From Oopsacas minuta (taxonomy: Eukaryota > Animalia > Porifera), in the NCBI GenBank assembly GCA_024704765.1, contig JAKMXF010000111.1:1747627-1811626 (forward strand): 64,000 bases of DNA, written 5' to 3'. The notes beneath the pieces were generated by a model. That model searched no databases. It worked only from the letters and a program-made list of their open reading frames with translations, and had not been told where the DNA came from. Of the stretch, positions 38,901 to 49,690 are shown piece after piece. Positions within the stretch are counted from its first letter, which is position 1. Every line of letters begins with the position of its first letter. The translations under genes and the position numbers were made by a program.

Positions 38901-39257
38901 TTTATCAAAATATTTGAGCTATTTTAAGGATTTATTATTTGAACTCCGCTTATATAATCACTATAATAAGAGAGTAGTCTAAAATGCAATGGAATGAAGT
39001 CTTTGGAATGTATTAGTTGCTTAGATACTGGAATTTAAGTTCATTGATATAGATGAATATCTGTGGTTTACAAGAATAATTTCTGAGCAAGAAATTGTAA
39101 TGCTTATATACATTCCAGTTGTTCCTAAACTAAATGATGGATCATAACAATTTTAGACATTTCAAGTAATTGGATATTTCTCTTTCCAATGAACTTTAAA
39201 TGGTTACTAAATATCGGATTGAAATTTTGACCAATTTCCAGGGGATGTGCCACTGTA
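35929..39257 (-). mobile_element. Transib DNA transposon, full length
   Basis: Left end CACAGTG at 35929 and right end CACTGTA at 39257 (terminal base deviates). 5-bp TSD GTGAC at 35924-35928 and 39258-39262. Confidence 0.92.
36267..38373 (-). pseudogene. Transib (RAG1-core-like) transposase, about 700 aa, with one frameshift and one stop
   Basis: NBD-like KISLADLTTKGLRNRL, VSDGLDGSG (D1), HFDTKM (D2), CQMC, LHKLLAH and SEEGLESCNK (E). Frameshift near 38095; in-frame TGA at 37272-37274. Confidence 0.92.
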
Positions 39258-40559
39258 GTGACATTTTGGCGGCACACTCAATCGCTAGGCCACAACTGGG
39301 TGGCACCATGGTGACACAAATCATTTCTAGGGGACTACAAATTTTTGAGATACAGACTACTTTATGTAGTGCAGTGAAGATAGAATAGTAGGCTTTGTAA
39401 AAGTTTGAGGGAAAGATTATTCATTTCGCCAAGAAATCAATTTGTATTCGTCTATTATAGTGCATACACCACAGTAATATGTATATTTTATCGCTTAAAG
39501 TGGGAATAAAAGACAAATGATGACCATGCTTCTACTGACGGAAGTTTGTTCCCCTGGCGCCGTGAATAGGCACACTTGACAAGATTCATGGACACACCGG
39601 TTGAGATCCACTGGCATAGCGAGGCAGTATTGAATTCATTGCTTGATGTATATATTCTCTACGTGTCATTCTACAGTCAACATATAAAACAATCAAGGTG
39701 ATAAATAATGAATTAATTCTGTTGGATATTTGTCGAGTCTGATTCTCCCCTTTGCTATTCGATCGGAAGTCCAGTGCCAAAGAGGTGTAGTTTCCCAAAA
39801 CAGACACTCTGAAAATAGGACAATCCATCTACAACAAAAAACCTCCCGCAACAGAATGAATTTTCCATCGTAAAATGTAATACTTAAGTAGCCTCCGAGA
39901 TGCGGACAACTTTCTAAAACGAACAGAAGCCAAGTCACAAACTTGTCCGTTATTCGGGGACCCCACTGTATGTATATGATGCTAGCCAAATTTTGTCTGG
40001 CCTATAGCTAAAATAGATAAAAAGATAGATAAAAAGATATACAATAAGATTTACACCATTTGGATGAGAGAAAAAGCTTTCAACTTTTCCCACCAATATT
40101 TATATCAGGGGCCAGCTCCTCATAGCTCTCCGACTTCAACCCCTATTGTACTAGATATATAAAATAGTTTATAAATATTTACATATAAAACTCTATTGTA
40201 TCGATGATCCCGGAATTTTTGCATTATTGATACAAGGGTATTATGAAGGCGTATGCTACTCGGACGAAAATTTGGTCAACCTTCCTATGCTCTCGGTAGT
40301 TTCTCAACCTCTGCCCCTGCGACATTGTCATACATATTGCACTAACTGCGAGCTGCACCAACTGTGGTTATTCGTCCACATTAGTAGTAAATGGATTGAG
40401 CACGAGTAGATGAAATTTGTCTATGTCTCAGGAAATTATTGATAAAATTGCTTTTACAAACTGGAGAGACCTCAGAAATTCAGCCACTGAAACTACATAA
40501 CGTCATTTCATACGATTCTGGATGTTTGTATACTAACGCAAACATACGTATATATTTCT

Positions 40560-40990
40560 TCAATGCAAATTTCTGATCCAGAGATTGACAATTTGTTGAA
40601 AGCCGTTAGCTTGCTACAAATTCCATTTTGGTAGCATGTTTCCCCTGAAGAGAGAGATTGAGGAAATACAGTTTTTGGAAAAGTTCACGTAGGTAACAGA
40701 GCCAAAAACATCATGATTTACCAGTGATTAGGCAGCCTTTTGAAATTTACCACTTTGCGTCAGGAACTCTCTCATTCTAATATTCAATTCAAGAAAACGA
40801 TAAAATAAGTATCCTTTTGACAACCCCCGAAATTTGGTATGAAAGAATGACTCTTGGTGCCCAGAATCCATTGTAGAACATAAATTGTGGAACAGACACG
40901 TGTTTAATGCGCTTGCTTTGGCATAGTTCAACTATGAATTGCACCTTTCCTTTGTCTTCCAATTTAATCCTCTAGCAGACATCAGCTTTA
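40560..40990 (-). pseudogene. hAT (Buster/Charlie, ZBED5/8-like) transposase fragment
   Basis: NYAKASALNTCLFHNLCSTMDSGH..FFHTKFRGLSKG resembles the VNYIKS.ALN.RLF..LC..M....LLFHTEVRWLSKG motif. Confidence 0.75.
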
Positions 40991-43049
40991 GAATGAAAAA
41001 ACGTTAAATGTTTGTCTTTCAAATGTGGATTTTTATCAGTTTATTCGTCTTCATAAACTCAAAAGTCAAGACTAACATGAGTATAACGCATTGAGGTAGT
41101 TCAACACTTCGGACAATGATGATTCTTGTATATCCAAAGACATTAAAATCATCAAAATATTTCTTTTTAGGTATTTATTTTACTAAAATAAATTGATATT
41201 GCAGTCATAATTAGGGTGACCAGCATGTTTAGATCTAGATCCTGTTCATTGCAGCAATTCAACACAATTAATCCTGGATTTTCCTGAACAAAAATTGAAA
41301 ATCCTGATTCAATCCGGGGCACCCAATTATTTGATAAGTATTCTATATATATAGGGATTTTAATTGTATAATAGAAACAATATGAATCTCATTTAACATA
41401 TTTGCAGCTGGGATTAATATCTAGTTGAAGGAAAGTTTTCAAAGGTAAAGGCAGAGCTATGTGAAATCAAGATTGTCTACTAGCTACATGCAGGTTCAAA
41501 ATTAATTATGATAAGTTTAATTCGTACTTTGTGAAAATTCGACATCTTCAGGGGCTGTGATTTCTAATCGCATAATTATTATTTCCTTCTATTCAAAAAA
41601 ATATTCTTGAGAATCCTGTATTAATGTACTTATATATATTTGATAAATATACACAACAGCATAATCATTTTAAACAACTCCTACGAAATGCAGTTGCGAC
41701 TCTAAGGTTAGTAACTACTGGTCTTGGTAGAAAATATTGAATATTCAGTTTTATGCGTATGACCATGAAACCTGGATGAAACTCAGAAAGATACTCAGCT
41801 GTACACAATGTCTATACTAAAGAATCTATACCTAAAATCTATTAAAGGATCGAAATGATGTAATTTGAACGCTTACGAGCGATTTTGTTAACAAAAATGC
41901 TCCAATTTGGAAGCATTCTGAAGAAATAACTATTGGCTTTACAGCTAGAAATTAACTCATTTTGTTCTAGAGATGTGTTTACATAGACTAGGTTATCAGG
42001 TAATGCGTAAATATTTACCAAAATATGCTATCCTTGGTCAATATAATAAATTACAATATTGAAATTTTGTAAGAGTACATCCTTAGAACAAATGTGCAAA
42101 TTTTGTTTGTTGCAAAGTAATAGTAAATTCTTCATAGTGTTTTCTTTAGGTGCTATATGGTTAAATCACATCTTCGTCTAATGAGAATTTATCTCAGAAT
42201 AATTTCCATTCTTTGATGTATTGTAGAATGTTTATTATTGTTTCTTTCATTTCAAAGTTAACCCCGAAGTTGTCTAAAGATGTTAATGAACAAAATACCA
42301 AAGTTTTGTCATTATAAACTTTGCTTGTCCTATTATAATTTTAGAAGCGACAACCATGAATGACACATTATAATGTGGTATCAATAGTTTAAATTATTAC
42401 AAATCAGTAAGCCAATTTTAGTATATACCAGGCTCCCAATGCCCTAATGATATATCTTGATATAATGACTTTTACCAATATGCGTAATCTGGGATATGCC
42501 CTTATATGTCACTTTCAAACATTACGCAATAATCTTCTGACATAACATACATACTTCCAACCCCTTGTAGCTGTGATTCCCTAGATATTTTTCTCGAAAT
42601 CCCTGGATTTTTACAAATTTCCCTGGATTTCTAATTTTCTATGCGACAAATAAGTAGCTGGGATAAGATGGTGCACTCGTTGTGTTTGAGGAGGCAAATT
42701 GAGTTGAGTTTGCATATACTGCATGTTTTGATCTAATTACTTGCTGATGTTAATACAGGGCATCTTCGTTAATCAGTAAAGCAATGACAAAGAGGAATGC
42801 TAATCGTTTAAATAACTGATTTCGAGAATCAAAGAATACTAATTGATAAAGTAGTCAAATAAATTTTGTAAATTGATTACCTATGAAAGAATTTTAGTAT
42901 GGTATAAGAACGATACCTTGTACTACCTCGTCGATTCATTCAAAGTAATTATCTTGGAATATCTACTTGATTATAAGTAGATGTCGGAAACCCTAAGGTG
43001 TTACCTATATAAATGTTGCTTACTTATATATAATTATAACCTGTCGACA

Positions 43050-46000
43050 GCTTAGCGACAAAAATTTTAGAAAAAGATGCCCACTAATGCATACTAGCTA
43101 TAAATGGAAGCAAATATTTCGTTGCACGGACTAGCCCGGTATGGATAGTTTCGAGACATGAGCTGTATGACTGCCTAAATTTGGGAGAAGCGTTTGGTAG
43201 TATTAGTCATGCATAAAGTTCCTACTTTGCTATAAGAATGGGAAGGTAGTTATATCCCATTTAGCTTCAATGACTGAACTGTTAATGCATTTCCCCACTG
43301 CTACTGACTCAGTTGGAAGAGCTTTTCGATACTAGATCTTGGCTTACAATGGTGTGTTTTGCGTTTGCTTCAGCTAATAGACAAGTGTCTGGCAAATGCT
43401 AAGGAGGGAGTATACACATTTCGCATCCACGGTGAAGTATACCATTGCATTAAACAGCTGTTAAAGATAACGAGACACCCAAATACGCGGAAATATATAT
43501 TCATGACGGAACTGCTGATGCTGGGGTGGAGAACCGCCTGCAGCACCTTGGAGATGCGTTTCTTCATTAGTTGAGTTGAATACTTCAACAGATGCTGTAT
43601 GATAATAAGCCTTACATTTCATTTTTAGACATGTTATACAGGTGATACACCAAGAAGGGCATAATGAACTGAGAATGCTTATTCGTTCTAAGGGGACTCT
43701 TTACTCTCGATGTTATACTACACCTACTGCCCCGAAGTAGCTGTCATTATGCGAGGTGCGGGCTATGGAGAGGAGGCAGCCAGCAGAGACAAGTGTTACA
43801 CGTACGTAAGGATGACTTTACCATTACATTATTACATGTAATTCGCAGTGGGAGGAGAATACGCACTCCAATGAATTCAAAAGGCGAGCGATCTTATAGA
43901 TTCAATTGTCCATGTGTATAAAATGAAGCTGCAAGCTTAATTGAGGATTTGATTAATGCTCATATAGTGGGCCAGCCGCAAGGCTATGTGTATACAATCG
44001 AGTTTCAAAACGTGATCTACCTGACCCTCATATTTTGGTTATCTTATGTAGTCATGATAAACCTCGCGATACCAGCAATTTTGATCATGTTGTTGTGCTG
44101 AGATCCGGGTCTGGGATCTCAACACAAACAATATGATCAAAATACTGGGATCGCGAGGTTTATGCTACATGGCACATGTGTGGTTGGGAAAAAGAGTGCA
44201 GCTTACCAATGTGGAGGGAGGTGCTCTAAAAAATTCCAGAAAACATTTTCACGCGCTACTACAACTGCTGAAGATGTCTACCCTGTATATCGTCGTCGTG
44301 ACAACTGCCGTTCTGTGAATGTGAACTATATATGTAAGGGGTTATGATAGAGCTATTGTGGAATTTAGATAAGGTGGCGAGGATGTAGATGCTGCCCAAT
44401 CTAAATCAGTGAATGAAATTTCTGAGTATTTAGAGAGTAGGTATGTGTCTGCTTTCGAGGCGTGATATCGTATCTCTGGGTAACAGCTCCATGCCAGAAT
44501 GTCACATGTGTTAAGGTTTGCTCTGCATATCAAGGATCACCAGCAAGTGTATTCCTCTACGCAGGATGATCTTGAGGAAGTATTAAGCAGACAACATAAT
44601 AAGACTCTGACAGGATATTTCATGCAAATCGAACACATACCGGTGCAAAGGATGTAACCTATCAGTCTTTTCTTGATAAATTTGTTTGTGATAAGTCTAA
44701 GCACATGTGGAAAGTTAGAATGAAAAGACATGGCACCATGATTGGGTGGATCCTGGAGAAGTTTAGCGTTTATATATGCGAATGCTCCTGAACCATGTTA
44801 ATGAAGCAAGTGTTGAGGGCATGCGAATTTTAGTTGATGGTACGGTATAGTTACTGTAAGGAGGACGGAAGCGGACTAGAACTATTAGAAGATTATAGAG
44901 AAGTGGATAAGGATTTGACGGCTGTAGCTGCTACACACCTGCAAATGCGCCAACTGTTCCCCATTATGCTCCAATTAAATGTCCCAACAGATCCATTAGC
45001 CATATGCGAAACACACAAGGTCGCTTAAGTGGAAGACATTCTTAATTTAGCTAGGCTGAATGTTCCGAGTGTCCAAATGGATGAACATATGTTAAATAGT
45101 GTGTTGTTGGATATCCAGGAGCACCAGCAACAGTAAGGGAAGTTGTTACCGGATTTTCCAGGTGTGCTTCGTACCTAAGGAATTTCTTACTACTACGAAG
45201 AACCCTGAATAATCCAGCATGAGCTTGATCTTTGTCTTGGTGTTCCGTTGTAAGATGAGTTTCACAATGTTTCTCTCTTTAATGCTGAACAAATGAGAAT
45301 CTTTGAAATGGTTATGGAATGTATAGATAATCATAAGGTTTGCACTAGGTAAGGTACGGTCAAGGGGGGAGATTGCCCTAGCAGTGGTTTCTTCTCTCAA
45401 TAGCTGCTCTCCTGTTAGATGGTGGTAGAACTGTCCAATCTCGACTGAAAGTTCCTCTCTCAATCAAAAAATCAAAGAGCATTCTGTGTGCAACATCACT
45501 AAGCAGAGCTCTCTAGCTCAACATATCCAGGACGCAACGCTACTGTTTTGGGATGGCATCTATGGCACAAACACATGTAGTCAAGTGTATGAATCGTACA
45601 TTACGGGATATCTGTTCTTACGATTTACCATTCGGTGGCAAGGCTGTAGTGTTTAGAGGAGACGTTGACGAACTCTGATATTTTTTAGGGTGGGTTTTAC
45701 CCATTCTGGTTTGTTCATTGCCGAGATAAATATTGGTTGACACTTGTCAATTACCCTACTTGCATTTATCTCCAGACATGTGTTTTCCAAATGTAAGTGT
45801 TATAATCATAATTAGTATTATATATTGAGGTCATGTGGCAAGTATTATCGAATATAACTAGAGCACTTGGATTGGTTTCTTTGAGCATTTATATTTATCC
45901 ATGTAGATAATTATCCTTAGTTGTAATAAGTTTTGTCTCAGGTTCGAAATTCTGTCAGTAATTTAATTGAGCAGGGTGAATTCACTTCCGCAATTCCAGA

Positions 46001-46800
46001 AATATAGAAAACCTCTAGCATTTTAAGACGTTAATATCATTCATATTATAGATTAGATTTGTTAGTAAACAACAATAAATTGTATCCAAAATTCGCTAAA
46101 TAAATATTTGGGGTTTAGATGTGTTTAACCCACTGACCAAATTGAGTTCTGACGCCTATGACAGTGTGAACATCTATGAAAATCAGGAATTCATCAGTCA
46201 GCGCATCATCACAGCTCCAAAAAATGAGACCTAAGATGCGGTAAATGATTACATGATGGGATCGACACCTGGTGATGAGAAGGTTTTCTAAGTGCTGATA
46301 CTGTTGATGATAGTCAGGCATCCAGGTCCAAACAGAGCTTTGGAATACTTTGAGCCCTAATGGTATGCCCTCTCATTGGCTAATTCTTAAACAGTACGCG
46401 TACATCAATCTCTCGCGTAATCTCGATCCTACTCAGGGTTTGTGTAATGGGACCCGCATAATAATTTGATCTGCTACCAAACATTTATTAATACTGAGGT
46501 AGTCACATGTAGTCATGTGGCGAGTAGAATATTGATTACTTGCATACCACTTCTTACTTCGCACGATTCTCGATTCCCGTTCACTTTAAAGCAGACAGTT
46601 CCCAATCCGGCCTGCTTTCTGCATCAGTATAAACAAAGGTTAAGTTCAGAGTTCTTACCTCTCCTGAAGCTATATTCAGTCATGGTCAACTTTATGTGGC
46701 GCTGGGCAGAGTTGAATCCTAGAGGTTTGAAATCATGGTTTGTCGAGGGAAGATTCTGTCAATGGTTAAGAATGTCGTTTATCGGAAGGTCTTCCTAAAT
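43050..46800 (+). mobile_element. Degraded Helitron Rep/helicase, with an apparent insertion at about 45700-46320
   Basis: YNGVFAFAS, VYTFRIHGEVYH, YTIEFQ.RDLPDPHIL (HUH region), MLHGTC..CSKKF..YPVYRRRD, RYVSAFEA, DGGRTVQSRLKVP, FGGKAVVFRGD, LCNGTR and QFPIRPAF appear in Helitron order. Termini were not found. Confidence 0.85.
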
Positions 46801-48992
46801 CACTTCGAGAAACCTTGGTCTTCATGCTTGGATATAATTAGCTCATTTCCCAGGATGCCCTCGATCAATTCCTCACAGTATTTGGCTGTATCCTCCCCAT
46901 ATTAAAAAGAGTTTTAATAACTGTAATTTTGAGCGTCAGAGTAAAGGTCCAAGATCTTCGAGTTCAGTCATGATGACGTTGTTCTGATTGGATATCCCAA
47001 TCAGGGTGTTCCCTCGAACACTGATATTTCTCATGGAGCATCTGACCAAGTAGTCTTTCGGGTGAAATTATTAGGTTTCGAGAGATTTAATCGAACATTT
47101 GGGAATTGGTTCTATATATAATTTTACTCTCGCCATGAGGTCTAAACTGGCTAAATCCATTTGGCTAGGTAGCGAAGTGATCTTACCGAATAGGGAACAT
47201 CTTTCTAAACGTAGAACATTATGACATTGTTGTAGATCACTCACCAAGCGAACTCATGTTATTTAAGGAATTGAATTATAGAATACAAATGAAGGTACAC
47301 GTAAAATTTGAGCCGAGTCTGTTGACAAATAACTACAAGAATTGAGTTCAAAGTTAGAGTTCACAATTCAAAAAAAATGAAATTTTATCAATTTTAGGAA
47401 GCAGGTGTAGGTGATAATTTTCGGGATTCGGGATTCGGGATTGATATTGTTATAAACGTTTAGATATCAACTATCGATTAGTATATTATAAATGAGATTT
47501 AGTTAGATTTAGATAAAGAAATACTACTTTGAACTGACCCTACTTCATGTAGTATCAGATTCATCCCCTTTCGGCCCCATTCTTAACATAAAATTTGAAT
47601 GGGCATAACTCCAGGAGTTTTTGACATTTTTTAAAGGAAAAAATTAACCTAAACCTTCCTATGGCACAAATGTGTAAACAAAATTTCAGAAGCGAAATTA
47701 TAACTGTTATGGTATTTATTTAATGAATTCGCAAGCATAGGTAATTGAATCTCAAAAATAACAAAAAAATAAAATTTTGCCAAAAATCACATTCCATAAA
47801 ATGTTCAACTCTCCTCTACCAAATGGTACCTTGGCCTAATGGTACAAATTCCGTTAAAATCTTATAAGTGGATGCGGGTCATTTAGTGACTGAACTATAC
47901 TCACTGGAATAGTCTGCAAAGTTAACAATCATTTGTGATATATAATCGCACAAATTATCTTCGCTCAAATGGAATTAGCTCACATGATTATCCCCAAGTG
48001 GGGGCGAATCTTAATCGAATACTGTCAGGAAAAAATGTAATGTTAAGTAGTCAAAAAAGGTGCTAAAATCTCGTTTCTGGTGTAAGAATTAGTAAAATGG
48101 ATTCAGTGCTCCTTTTCATAACGAATATAACACTTCGGAAGTAATTGGCTATATTGCAAACGAAATTGCATATGGGTACTAGTTTTAGAATTTTCTAGAA
48201 GTTAATACAATTTTTCAAAGAGGAGATTAAAGTGGATGTGAGATCAAATCGTATACCAAGGTGCAAATTGAGAGTCCATAATGAGCATTTTGACAAGGTT
48301 CAACTCTTAGCCATAAAAGATATGAGCTGTAGAGCGGATACGGGGAAAAATAACTTTGAACTGAGATCAAAACTGAACATTATACAAAACCATAATATGC
48401 CCAGTAAATATAATGTACTATAAATTGCAAGACATCTAATCTTGCTCACTTAAGTTGGGGGGGGGGGTGAGAATTTTCATACTAAAACTTAGCTATAATA
48501 GAGAATAGCAAAATAAATTTGTTGGTTGATACAAAGACTATTTGTTGAAGAACATGCAAAATAATTTTCAATCTCTGAGCCTCTTCATCTATGAACGAAA
48601 ACAAGGAATAGTCGATGGAAATAAGTGGCGAAAAACAACACAAATAGCAGAATAAGAATGGTGAGGCTGCCTCTTAACTTCGGAGGAGCACCCAAAATAC
48701 AATTTCGGTGAGCACTATTTACAATCAGAATTTGATTGTTTGTAACTGGAAAAATTCTATTTCTCACCCTGGTCAGGATATAAGGTGCGCAGCATTGGCA
48801 CAGCCAGGCTCAGGAGTCAGGGCGGGGAATGATGACGTCATGCACGCCAACCCTATACTTTTTGAATTATGGTTGAGTCAAATCTAGGTGCATATGGTGC
48901 TAAGCACTCCAGTTATTTACTAAAGGTCTCCGAGAAGAGAAAAAACCTTGAAAATCACTGATAAAGAATATATCATATATGGTACATAATAG

Positions 48993-49502
48993 TTACCTAT
49001 GAAGAGCGCGGTAAATCACTTCAGGATGAGAATATGATGTGGGAGGGTAATGTGGAGAAACTTTAAGAATTCTACATGCATTGTTTCTATCTTCAGTGCT
49101 TATAAGACTCTCATAGTTACCATGAATTTGCTGGATTCTAGTCAATTGATTCAGTTCGGTGTATTTTTCCTCCTCATCCTGATGTAAGGGATCTCGTACC
49201 TCGTAGTGAGATCCCAGGGATGTCCGCTCCAATGTTGAGTATGTACTTAAATCACTATTTAGAGGTCTCTTCAAATCAGATGAAGTAGGAAAATTGTCCT
49301 CAAGGCACAATGTAACAACGGGAGGTTGAAAGTGGGCACTTCCATGAGAGGGATTATTGTCATTGAGTTTAGAATAATTACTCATAAGCTGAGGGACAGA
49401 AATCTGCCCGAAGAAGTCTCTTTCCAAGTTAGAGAGTTCTCTCTCTTGTATGGAGGGTAAATTAGATAGTTCTGAATATAATACATTCTCTTGAATAGCC
49501 AT
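48993..49502 (-). CDS. 169-aa low-complexity protein or terminal exon rich in YxxL motifs; the only apparent non-transposon ORF
   Basis: Uninterrupted ORF from an ATG, rich in S/E/N/P, with six YxxL motifs and no transposase motif. A GC box and TATAAG lie about 90 bp upstream, as does a possible splice acceptor just before the ATG. Confidence 0.55.
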   Translation of the reverse strand: MAIQENVLYSELSNLPSIQERELSNLERDFFGQISVPQLMSNYSKLNDNNPSHGSAHFQPPVVTLCLEDNFPTSSDLKRPLNSDLSTYSTLERTSLGSHYEVRDPLHQDEEEKYTELNQLTRIQQIHGNYESLISTEDRNNACRILKVSPHYPPTSYSHPEVIYRALHR

Positions 49503-49690
49503 GCTATATCACAGAAAATACAAGGAATAAGGATAACTTTCATACAAGAGGAAAAATAGTCCAGGCGATACAGGGATTTTAGTGTAGCCTTATAGGGGGC
49601 GGGCGAAGTCCGTACGTCCGTCTGCTCTGCCGTGCGAAATCTAACAGTCAGATCTACATGAAATTGGTCCAACAATAGCTGACATTAATG

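Noticed and set aside
38374-39257. Possible RAG2-like gene, which would make the element a ProtoRAG
   Set aside because: Only about 880 bp of AT-rich DNA lies upstream and about 340 bp downstream of the transposase, with no kelch-like ORF.
41900-42550. Possible second LINE 3' remnant on the minus strand
   Set aside because: Only faint motif echoes; no convincing RT motif could be read.
48820-48845. GC box plus TGACGTCA (CRE-like) site; the octamer also occurs near 6092, 14139 and 36077
   Set aside because: The motif is short, recurs in or near transposon subtermini, and has no linked gene start to support a promoter call.
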